Positions 1 through 7,949 of a stretch of 64,000 nucleotides of DNA are shown in pieces. Position 1 is the stretch's first letter, and every line of letters begins with the position of its first letter. The position numbers and the translations under genes are program-made. This DNA is from a virus. Lineage: Duplodnaviria; Caudoviricetes. Below the pieces are notes generated by a model. It searched no databases. It worked only from the letters and a program-made list of their open reading frames with translations, and was not told the DNA's origin. The stretch spans positions 64,001-128,000 of IMG/VR virus record IMGVR_UViG_3300032038_000011; one strand, 5' to 3'.

Positions 1-236
1 TCATTATAAGCGGGGTCGTAAGAATGGGTAAACCTATTGCGATACCAATAAATGGCATAGCCCAACAAACCTTCCCTACGCCAAGTGGGCAAATTGTTAA
101 AGGTAAAACACTTGGGAACACCCCTGACAGGCTTGCCAGACTTGCCGATAAACTGCCCGGTGGTAATATCCCACGCGCCGACCTTCAAAGAGCAATCATA
201 AGCTACGATAAAATTACGTTCCTTAACAAAATTCAT
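1..236 (-). CDS. Hypothetical phage protein, N-terminal part (runs off window)
   Basis: ATG at 236 after GAAAGGGA RBS and its own promoter; open frame MNFVKERNFIVAYD... to the window edge. Confidence 0.7.
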   Translation of the reverse strand, partial: MNFVKERNFIVAYDCSLKVGAWDITTGQFIGKSGKPVRGVPKCFTFNNLPTWRREGLLGYAIYWYRNRFTHSYDPAYN

Positions 237-404
237 TCTTAATCCCTTTCTGGTTTGTGTTGTTTTCCTTCAACTTTGTGAGTATATTATACACCCGATA
301 TGGCTATTTGTCAATGCTTTTTTGTGTTAAGTATATATAAATTACACTATACGTTTAGTCTAATTAACATTCGCTAAAAGAAAAGCGCCCCGAAGGGCGC
401 TGGA

Positions 405-749
405 TTAGGTGCGGCGGGAGTAGGTGTTATTGCCGCCATTATCGGGGCGATGAACCTCAACCTCGTCCTGCCAGAGGTTAAGCATACCATACCGCATCTT
501 GCTTGCGGTGAAGGTGTCGGGCATATCGGCACTGACGGCATCCCAAAGGTCCTTCACGGTCATCGGCTTGTCCCACGCGGCGCAAGCCATCAGGGCATCG
601 TGCGCGGCGTTATACAGTTCAGTATTAGCCCGCGACTTTGCGGTGGTACGCTCCCACTCGGCGTTGACTTCATCACGAAGCACAGACAGGTCAACAGTGT
701 TGTCGCCGTTCAGGTAGTTCTTCATCATCTCAAGAGTAGACTTCTTCAT
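405..749 (-). CDS. Hypothetical protein, possibly winged-helix DNA-binding (114 aa)
   Basis: RBS GAAAGGA, own promoter and terminator; KPMTVKDLW...ASKMRYGM pattern suggests wHTH (inference). Confidence 0.75.
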   Translation of the reverse strand: MKKSTLEMMKNYLNGDNTVDLSVLRDEVNAEWERTTAKSRANTELYNAAHDALMACAAWDKPMTVKDLWDAVSADMPDTFTASKMRYGMLNLWQDEVEVHRPDNGGNNTYSRRT

Positions 750-841
750 AGGGCATTAATTCCTTTCTCGTTTGTAGGGTGTCGTTCCCTTTGATGTATT
801 TATTATAGCACTGATTGGCTATAATGTTAAGTTAAGAGTTC

Positions 842-959
842 GTTAAAGGGGTTCGTGCGTTCCTCAAGGTTTAACCTTGCTTCTCTGTTTAACAGAGTGA
901 CATACTATTGCGACTTTCAACCGCCGCCCCACGGGTCTGTGGCTCAGAACCCCTTTAAC
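842..959 (-). ncRNA. Candidate ~118-nt structured small RNA
   Basis: Perfect promoter (-10 966-971, -35 989-994) puts the start at ~959. 13-bp terminal stem GTTAAAGGGGTTC/GAACCCCTTTAAC, four internal hairpins, no RBS or ORF. Confidence 0.7.
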
Positions 960-1070
960 ATCTTTATTATACCACGATTTCCAAACTTTGTCAAGTTAAG
1001 ATTTCGTGACGCCGTTTTTACGTGGGCTTTCTTATTAAAGTAGCACACCACTACAGGCAGCGGCCCTGTC

Positions 1071-1113
1071 TGGTGAGGGTGGCGGGAATCGAACCCGCGG
1101 TACCTTCGCCCTC
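1071..1113 (-). ncRNA. tRNA 3' fragment / minihelix-like RNA (acceptor + T arm + CCA, no D or anticodon arm)
   Basis: Minus strand GAGGGCG-AAGGTACC-GCGGG-TTCGATT-CCCGC-CACCCTC-A-CCA; own promoter at 1125-1153. Confidence 0.7.
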
Positions 1114-1187
1114 TTGACAGTAACAGTATATCAAAAATTGAACTAAAAGTCAAGTAATTTTTATGTAAACTAAAATGTACGTGCGAT

Positions 1188-1610
1188 TTAATTAACAAAT
1201 AATTTATCAAATGAATAATCCTTAAAATATTTAGAATTATTATTTTGATTATTTAACGGTTCTCTAATTCTTAATCTAATTTGCTTTTTATCTCCAATAT
1301 CTTCTATTGGAACAATTGCGATTAAATCATAAGTTTGATTTACAAAAACGAAATAATCTACCTCTCCAATATAAGTAGATAAGTTTTTATTTGTGGTATG
1401 ATTTGTAGAACTACGAGTATAACAACAAATAGCACCATTTTGTTCTTCATTACAAGTTTTAACTTGTATTCTATTGAATTTACCATTAAATTCTGCTATC
1501 ATATCATAGCGTTCATTATCTCCCCAAGGAATACAAACAGGAATATTATATTTTTGAAATTCATATAGTGCTTTTGCTTCCGATAATTGGCCTTTTGTTT
1601 TAGTATTCAT
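1188..1610 (-). CDS. PD-(D/E)XK homing endonuclease (group I intron-associated / I-Ssp6803I-like family), free-standing
   Basis: MNTKTKGQLSE...PWGDNERYDMI...RIQVKT motif pattern; adjacent to a tRNA. Confidence 0.85.
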   Translation of the reverse strand: MNTKTKGQLSEAKALYEFQKYNIPVCIPWGDNERYDMIAEFNGKFNRIQVKTCNEEQNGAICCYTRSSTNHTTNKNLSTYIGEVDYFVFVNQTYDLIAIVPIEDIGDKKQIRLRIREPLNNQNNNSKYFKDYSFDKLFVN

Positions 1611-1693
1611 ATTATCACTCCTATGATAAATAAAATTAAGGGCTGGCGTAGGAGCGCCTTATCTCATTAGTCGCGAACTAATGCTACCCCTGA

Positions 1694-1768
1694 TGGTGGG
1701 GATAGTGGGAGTCGGACCCACCGTACCGAAATTAAAAGTTTCGTGCCATACCGCTTGGCTATATCCCC
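1694..1768 (-). tRNA. tRNA-Lys(UUU) with encoded CCA
   Basis: GGGGATA/TATCCCC acceptor stem; GCC-AAGCGGTAT-GGC D arm; CGAAA-CTTTTAA-TTTCG anticodon arm; GTGGG-TCCGACT-CCCAC T arm; ACCA end. Confidence 0.88.
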
Positions 1769-1789
1769 ATACCACTTGGCTACACCCTC
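1767..1789 (-). pseudogene. tRNA 5' fragment (acceptor 5' strand + D arm)
   Basis: GAGGGTG-TA-GCCAAGTGGTATGG immediately upstream of tRNA-Lys; GAGGGTG is the exact complement of CACCCTC in the 1071-1113 fragment. Confidence 0.75.
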
Positions 1790-2019
1790 ATAAGTTTTGG
1801 GAGTTCCTTTCCTCTCCCTCAACTGTAATTATTATAGCAGAATTAGAATGAAATGTCAAGTATTGGGATAGTTAAGATTTGGAAAATTAGAAATTACGGG
1901 ATTTCTAATTAAAATGAAATTAACAGAAAAAAGTATTGACAAGGAAATGAAATTCTGCTATAATAATAACTGTCAAGAGGACAAGGAAAAGTCCTAAAAA
2001 CCAGAAAGGATTTCAACTT

Positions 2020-2322
2020 ATGGCTATGACTGCTGCTGAAATGAAGGCTACTGCTCGTCAGGCAACTATCGCGGCTATTATGCCGTCCCTCCAGGAAAAC
2101 AACGCAATTAAGTTTGCGGACGGTTCCTTCGCTATCCTTCAGAATGTTGAAGGTCAGGATATTTGGACGGAAGTAACCGTCAAGTCCAAGGCTTACAAGG
2201 ATACCAAGGTATCCAAGGCGTTCAATCCGCGCGAAGCGGCGCAGGCGTGGGAAGCCGAACGTCAGATTAAGGCAGATAATAAGGCTGCCAAAGAAGCCGA
2301 AAAGGCGGCGAAGAAGGCGTAA
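2020..2322 (+). CDS. Hypothetical protein (100 aa), probable paralogue of 2840-3295
   Basis: Own rightward promoter and GAAAGGA RBS; similar Ala/Lys-rich C-terminal helix and shared leader AAACCAGAAAGGA. Confidence 0.85.
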   Translation: MAMTAAEMKATARQATIAAIMPSLQENNAIKFADGSFAILQNVEGQDIWTEVTVKSKAYKDTKVSKAFNPREAAQAWEAERQIKADNKAAKEAEKAAKKA

Positions 2323-2396
2323 GCCTTCTTCTTTTAATTTATTGTAAATTAGGTTGAACGTATAATATAATTTACATATAGTTAAAATAATAAGGA

Positions 2397-2588
2397 TTAA
2401 ATCCTTATTATCATTCTTTCTTTTTCTTTACTATAACGATAAGATTTTACTTCTTTATATTTAAGTTTGTCAGGAATTTCACTAACTAAACCAACGTATA
2501 AAGCGCGACTGGTGTTAGGGTTCCAAATAATTACACGATTAACAATAACTTTGGTTTGTGCTGCGCGGATTAATCCTGCTACAATCAT
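2397..2588 (-). CDS. Hypothetical protein (63 aa)
   Basis: AAGGAGA RBS; stop/start overlap with the upstream gene. Confidence 0.7.
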   Translation of the reverse strand: MIVAGLIRAAQTKVIVNRVIIWNPNTSRALYVGLVSEIPDKLKYKEVKSYRYSKEKERMIIRI

Positions 2589-2725
2589 TATTTATCTCCT
2601 TTCATAGCTTCACGACAAATCTGCTTCCCTTCTTTACGTTCTTGTTTTTTATTTTTCTTCTTTGCGGGCATCACAGAAGGGCGATAGCCACACCAAGTTT
2701 CACGGTTCTGATTTTTCTTTTCCAT
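2588..2725 (-). CDS. Small basic hypothetical protein (45 aa)
   Basis: GAGAGGGA RBS before MEKKNQ; own promoter. Confidence 0.7.
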   Translation of the reverse strand: MEKKNQNRETWCGYRPSVMPAKKKNKKQERKEGKQICREAMKGDK

Positions 2726-2839
2726 TATATTCCCTCTCTTTCTATAAATAGTATATACTATTTTCTTCAATAAGTCAAGTTAATTATTTGTAATATAGAT
2801 TAAACGTACAGTGTAATTAACATAGAAATAAAGTGACGG

Positions 2840-3295
2840 TTAAACCGTCACTTCGTGGGGCAGGAACTGATTGTTATCGTCTTTTTCTTCTTCTTCAGGG
2901 TCAGGTGCGTGAATCATAGCCTGAAGCCCTTCGGTGTTGAGTTTCTTAATCGTCTTTTTCGCGGCGCGCTTGCGCTCCTTTTCTGCTGCTTCGCGCTCGG
3001 CCTTTTCCTTGCGCTTTGCTGCTTTGTCAGCCTTATCGGCCTTGACAAGTTCCCATTCATCATGGGCTGCGTAACCGTCATAGGCATCATAACCGCCGTC
3101 ACCATTGCGGGAGCCGCGCGGAATAGATACCTTAATCAGCGCAAACTTTTCATTGCCTTCGGCATCGACAACAGGCATAGCGAGTTCGCTTGCGCTAACA
3201 TCCATCACATCAGCGTCGTAGTGTTCAGACAGAGCGGCGGTCAGAACGGCAAGAACATCATTGCGAATCGCGGTTTCCAGTGCTGCTTGTGTCAT
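2840..3295 (-). CDS. Hypothetical protein (151 aa)
   Basis: GAAAGGA RBS, own promoter and terminator hairpin. Confidence 0.85.
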   Translation of the reverse strand: MTQAALETAIRNDVLAVLTAALSEHYDADVMDVSASELAMPVVDAEGNEKFALIKVSIPRGSRNGDGGYDAYDGYAAHDEWELVKADKADKAAKRKEKAEREAAEKERKRAAKKTIKKLNTEGLQAMIHAPDPEEEEKDDNNQFLPHEVTV

Positions 3296-3370
3296 AGCAT
3301 TTCCTTTCTGGTTTAGTGTTGTCCTTCACTTTGTAGGTATATTATAGCAGATTTGAGAGGAGAAGTCAAG

Positions 3371-3439
3371 TTAAATAATTGTTACGATAATTGCGGAAAC
3401 AATCAAAATGTCAACGGCAAGAACCAAATAGATAAACAT
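3371..3439 (-). CDS. 22-aa single-transmembrane micropeptide
   Basis: AAAGGAGA RBS; MFIYLVLAVDILIVSAIIVTII*; dedicated promoter (-35 at 3491-3496). Confidence 0.65.
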   Translation of the reverse strand: MFIYLVLAVDILIVSAIIVTII

Positions 3440-3558
3440 TTTGTTTCTCCTTTCATTTTCTATAAATATTATAGCATAAATTCTGTTGCTTGTCAAGTAA
3501 ATTTTTTGTTAAATACATACGACGTATAATTTAATTAACTTGAAATTAAAAAAGGCGG

Positions 3559-3999
3559 TTATCCCGTCTTTATCATTTGTGAAAGAATTTCAAAAATCTT
3601 TTCCGGTTCATAAGCTCCATTTCCCCACGCTGTGCGGTTTCTTTCTTCATCATCAAAAAGAATCCCGCCGCCTGTTACTGTGAGTTTATTTGTGCCATAA
3701 CGTTCAATTTTAATATAATCAAAATTAACGGAAGGCAAATGTTTTGCTAACCAGTAAAATTTTGCGATACTGATTTTAACCAAAAAATCGTCCGAGCCGT
3801 GTTTAGAACCCCATGAAATAATACCGATTTCATGGCCTTGGGTTTGTAGTTTGTTAAGATAACGAGCAAGCAAACTCATGTTAATAAGAGGTTTTGCCGC
3901 ATTATAAGGCGTGGTATCTTCATTTTGAAGATAATTCAACCAACCTTCAACGCCGTAAAAATCCGCAATAGTTCCATCCATATCCAACCAAATCTTCAT
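3559..3999 (-). CDS. HAD-superfamily 5'(3')-deoxyribonucleotidase-like phosphatase
   Basis: Motif I LDMDGTIADF, conserved K, motif IV ILFDD. Confidence 0.8.
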   Translation of the reverse strand: MKIWLDMDGTIADFYGVEGWLNYLQNEDTTPYNAAKPLINMSLLARYLNKLQTQGHEIGIISWGSKHGSDDFLVKISIAKFYWLAKHLPSVNFDYIKIERYGTNKLTVTGGGILFDDEERNRTAWGNGAYEPEKIFEILSQMIKTG

Positions 4000-4117
4000 A
4001 ACACAAAACCCCTCTCATTTGATGTATTAAGTATAACATATATGGATTAAGAAGTCAAGTTAAATGTTTGTTATTTAGATTGGACGTTTAACCTAATTTA
4101 CATATAATTAAAGTGGA

Positions 4118-4489
4118 TTATTCATCCACTTTAACCCATTCCATTGTGCGTGTATCATATCTAAACAGACCGACCGCGCAACTAAAATCTTCATTATATA
4201 TACATGCGCTGATATTTTCACGAATAAACTCTGTTTCATCATCTGTGAAACTACCATTTCTTCGACAAAAGACACAACAACCATAGGCATCATCAAGCCA
4301 TTTTATCCAATCTTCAACATCAGGAGAAGAGCCAGGAGGAAGAATTTCTTCCATATTTTTATCATAGAAAGAAATTTTATTAGCAATACTTAATGCTAAA
4401 CCATAACCGATATTTTCATACTGTATACACGCATGGTAGTTATCAAATTCTTTATCATCATAAGCATAATACATAGTAACCTCGCGCAT
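4118..4489 (-). CDS. Hypothetical protein (123 aa)
   Basis: AGAGGA RBS, own promoter, bounded by 34-bp sites. Confidence 0.8.
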   Translation of the reverse strand: MREVTMYYAYDDKEFDNYHACIQYENIGYGLALSIANKISFYDKNMEEILPPGSSPDVEDWIKWLDDAYGCCVFCRRNGSFTDDETEFIRENISACIYNEDFSCAVGLFRYDTRTMEWVKVDE

Positions 4490-4613
4490 AATTTATATCC
4501 TCTTTCATTTGATGTATATATTATATGCCATTTAGAATAAAATGTCAAGTTAAAATATTATTATATAAAAGAGACGTATAGTTTAATTAACATTTATATA
4601 ATAAAAAACGCGG

Positions 4614-4793
4614 TTATTGTTCCGCGTTATAGAATACCAGTAAATCAATAGCATTATTGATTTCAGTTATTGCTTTATTAAGACTTCGCTTGGCTTCGGT
4701 TTCGTAATGTCCCGCGTCTTGCGTTATAATATCATCAATAGTCATATCACAATAGTCTCGTGCGCGAATAAGAAGTTCAATATCATATTTCAT
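4614..4793 (-). CDS. Hypothetical protein (59 aa)
   Basis: AAGGAGA RBS before MKYDIEL. Confidence 0.7.
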   Translation of the reverse strand: MKYDIELLIRARDYCDMTIDDIITQDAGHYETEAKRSLNKAITEINNAIDLLVFYNAEQ

Positions 4794-4794
4794 A

Positions 4795-4980
4795 TTATTT
4801 ATTCTCCTTCCATTTTTCATATACTCTTACAAGTTGGTCTGCTGTAGCTAAAAGAGAATAGACATCTATTGCGTCTTGACTATTACCTTCAAAATCACTT
4901 GACAGCTCATTTTCCAGCTGATATAGTGTACGAATAGTAGCTTTCAGCTTTTCCAGCTGTTCAGTAGTAAGTTTCTTCAT
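4795..4980 (-). CDS. Hypothetical helical protein (61 aa)
   Basis: GGAG RBS before MKKLTTE; own promoter. Confidence 0.7.
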   Translation of the reverse strand: MKKLTTEQLEKLKATIRTLYQLENELSSDFEGNSQDAIDVYSLLATADQLVRVYEKWKENK

Positions 4981-5304
4981 ATCCAGCTCCAGCTCCTCTC
5001 TTTTTTCTATATATATTATACCAGCTTCCAGCTCAGAAGTCAAGTTAATAATAGGTTAAGTTCAGCTAAAATTAGGTAGCACTAACAGACCCGATACACG
5101 GGCCGCTTTACTTAATTTTAACAGCATCTTAACCAAAAATCAATCACTCCTTAACACAGTCATAACAATTCACCTTCTTTCCTATAATATTCCACCATTA
5201 TTAATTATACCAAATTTCGCAAGGGTTGTCAAGTTAAATGTTCGTAAATTAGAGTAGCCGGATAGTCTAATTTACATTAGCTTAAAAAAGAATAGGCCAT
5301 TGGC

Positions 5305-5592
5305 CTATTCCCAATCTTCATCAAAATTTAACATTTCCAAATCTTCATCGAAGAAGAGTTCCATGGCCTCTTCAAGTTCCTTAACGCCATCTTCATCAAA
5401 GATGTGGTTAATTCTGTCCATGTCGCGGGCCATGTGGTAAATCATGCGCCATGCGGTCTTAATGTTCTTTTTACGTCCATCTCTGAACCAATAGTCGTCG
5501 GCGTCAAAGTCCCACATGTTGATTTCAAACATGCCATTGTCGTAAATGTAACCATAAACCAAAACGTGGCGAATCTGAATCTGGAAAAACAT
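5305..5592 (-). CDS. Acidic hypothetical protein (95 aa)
   Basis: GAGAGGAG RBS, promoter and terminator; very acidic C-terminus. Confidence 0.8.
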   Translation of the reverse strand: MFFQIQIRHVLVYGYIYDNGMFEINMWDFDADDYWFRDGRKKNIKTAWRMIYHMARDMDRINHIFDEDGVKELEEAMELFFDEDLEMLNFDEDWE

Positions 5593-5755
5593 TGTAAAAT
5601 CTCCTCTCATGTTGTCGTTATTGTTGAACCGTTTTTTATTTTATTATACCACAAAAAAATGATTTGTCAATAGTTTTTCTATGTTAAAATTACGTATATT
5701 AGAATATCCGGATATTCTAATTAACATAAAAATAAAAGAAGGCAGGCGCCTTCTT

Positions 5756-5938
5756 TTAATCCTCATAGGTGTCAGTGCCTGCCTGCCGGATTGCCCACCG
5801 CTTTGCGCCGGCGATAGTTTTGAATCCTTTGCCAAGTCGCCAGCCCCAAGTACCACCTTCACCAACGTGATACTTGCCATCAGGCATCGGGGTGTCATCC
5901 CAAGTATAGTAATGTTCGCGATTGCCGACTGTGTTCAT
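5756..5938 (-). CDS. Hypothetical protein (60 aa), paralogue of 11610-11804
   Basis: AAGGAGGT RBS; shares HYYTxDxxPxxDGKYHVGEG...KTxxGAKxWA. Confidence 0.85.
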   Translation of the reverse strand: MNTVGNREHYYTWDDTPMPDGKYHVGEGGTWGWRLGKGFKTIAGAKRWAIRQAGTDTYED

Positions 5939-6061
5939 GTGAGTTACCTCCTTCATTTGATGATTTATTATAACATGGATAGGGGTATATTGTCAAGTTA
6001 AAAGTGCGTAAATTAGATGATACGTATCTTCTAATTTACATATAGTCAACATAAAAGGGGA

Positions 6062-6280
6062 TTAACCCCTTATATGTTGCGAATTGAAAGCGGCAACAAT
6101 CTCCCGAATTGTGTCGTTTTCGTTAAGAAGCGCCAAAGTACAAAATACAACTTCGGGGTTCTCGATGTAAATGATATACGCGCCCAAAGCGGCGTTAAAG
6201 TCGTTTGTATATTCTACTTTGACTTCTTCTTCTTTGGTGTACATGGTAACAAACTTGGTGGTAATGCTGTACTTTTTCAT
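6062..6280 (-). CDS. Hypothetical protein (72 aa)
   Basis: AAGGGAG RBS; promoter and site-bounded cassette. Confidence 0.8.
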   Translation of the reverse strand: MKKYSITTKFVTMYTKEEEVKVEYTNDFNAALGAYIIYIENPEVVFCTLALLNENDTIREIVAAFNSQHIRG

Positions 6281-6400
6281 GGTATTAACTCCCTTCATTT
6301 GATGATTTATTATAGCATGAATTGACGCAGTTTGTCAAGTTAATTGTGCGTAAATTAGATAGTACGGTTATTCTAATTTACATGGAATTAAAAGAAGGGA

Positions 6401-6625
6401 TTAAATCCCCTCTTTGAAAGTCGTGACTTCGATATACATGAAATTTGCTTCGTTGGTATCGGGGTCACGATAGTAAATAACTGTAACTGTGTCACCATAA
6501 TCAAATCCTTCACACAGGTAGCCACAAATCGAAAGACGATTCATAGCAGCGGCGATAGCATGGTTCATGGTATCGCGGGCGGCGATGATTTCACTGTTCT
6601 CATGGATAACGAAAATGCTCTTCAT
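6401..6625 (-). CDS. Hypothetical protein (74 aa), probable paralogue of 7113-7361
   Basis: AAGGGGGT RBS; similar MxxAIxxA...Y..xxFxYGxxxTxIxY pattern. Confidence 0.8.
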   Translation of the reverse strand: MKSIFVIHENSEIIAARDTMNHAIAAAMNRLSICGYLCEGFDYGDTVTVIYYRDPDTNEANFMYIEVTTFKEGI

Positions 6626-6763
6626 AGGTTTATACCCCCTTCATTTGATGGATATATTATACCATTTTTCAGTGTTAAAAAACAAGCAATTGGAAGTTAA
6701 ACGTTAGTAAATTAGAATCTACGTTTATTCTAATTTACATATACTTAATAAAGAAGTGGAGGA

Positions 6764-6982
6764 TTAATCCTCCACGTAAAATCGCGGGTAGCGACCGACC
6801 TCGCTGTTATTACAGTTATAATAACAAAATTCGTTGTAGAAATTGTTAAAATTGCGGAACATCCAACCGGGTTTCATGTGGACAGCGAATTGCGAATCAG
6901 GACGCATATTCGCGGGTACAATGATGAACGGCTTTTTTTGTTCGTAGAGTTTACGGGCCTGCACTTTGTTAATCTGTTTCAT
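6764..6982 (-). CDS. Hypothetical protein (72 aa)
   Basis: GAGAGGAGG RBS; FYNEFCYYNCNNSEVGRYPRFY C-terminus. Confidence 0.8.
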   Translation of the reverse strand: MKQINKVQARKLYEQKKPFIIVPANMRPDSQFAVHMKPGWMFRNFNNFYNEFCYYNCNNSEVGRYPRFYVED

Positions 6983-7112
6983 GGGATTGCCTCCTCTCAA
7001 TTTCTGTATATATTATAATACATAAAAAGCTATATGTCAAGTTAAACATTTGTAAATTAGACTGGCCGTATAGTCTAATTTACATACAGATAATAAAATG
7101 GGCTTGCGCCCA

Positions 7113-7361
7113 TTAGGTTTCAAGTTCGGCTTCGGTGATAACAATTGTGCCGGTTTCGGTTGTGCTTTCAGAGTACAAGCGCGGGACAAAGACTTTGTAT
7201 TCGATGGTAGTGTAGCCTTCGCCATAGGCGAAGTCAGTTACTTCATAGTTGGCATGGTGCGCGTATTGGATAGCGTTTTTGATGGCGCTGTCCATATCTT
7301 TGCAGATGACAACAACATCGGCCTCGCGGTTATCATAGACGACATACAGGAACTTACTCAT
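7113..7361 (-). CDS. Hypothetical protein (82 aa)
   Basis: AAGGAGGT RBS, promoter, GCAA-loop terminator. Confidence 0.8.
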   Translation of the reverse strand: MSKFLYVVYDNREADVVVICKDMDSAIKNAIQYAHHANYEVTDFAYGEGYTTIEYKVFVPRLYSESTTETGTIVITEAELET

Positions 7362-7949
7362 GGTAGTTACCTCCTTCATTTGATGTCTTATTATACCATT
7401 TTCAATGTTAAGAAGTAAGCATGATATGATTAAACGTTTGTAAATTAGATTCTACGGTTACTCTAATTTACATTGGTATAATAAAAGCCGCGCGGTTAGC
7501 TACTCCGCGCGGTTGGCTCGTTCGCGGTCAGTGCGCCACTTCTGCCGCGGGTCAGTTCACTTACGTTACGCGGGATTATGCTACAACTGCCACGTTGCAC
7601 ATTGTCCCTTGCTCTAATAGGGTGGATTCATTGTCAAGCACCTCAAACACTATTGCAGGACATTTAATGACGATGGAGGAACGGCTGACTACTGCGGTGG
7701 CTCGTTCATTCTTTATCTCCCCTTTCGACAAGTCTATTATAACATGAGATATGGGATGTGTCAAGTTAAACGTTTGTTAATTAGATAATTTGTTTTGGGA
7801 AATGAAATAGGATTTTATTTGTAAATAATATGTTAATTTTGGGAAAAGAAATATAAAATGAAATTGGAAAAAGTTAAAGGAAAGTAAAATAAAATTGACG
7901 TTGAGTGTAATTTACATAATATTAAAATGAAATTGCGGTTTCCCGCAAT

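Noticed and set aside
1000-1070. Self-cleaving ribozyme (pistol, twister or HDV-like) after the tRNA-like ends, also at 1640-1692
   Set aside because: I could not fit the required pseudoknots and catalytic residues by eye.
1071-1113. tmRNA 3' end
   Set aside because: T arm is similar, but there is no G3:U70 pair, tag reading frame or tmRNA 5' end.
1144-1171. dif/pdif (XerCD) sites, since TTATGTAAACT at 1161 matches a XerD-type arm
   Set aside because: No XerC arm at 6-bp spacing, and the TTA is not conserved in most copies; the match is part of the 34-bp element's left arm.
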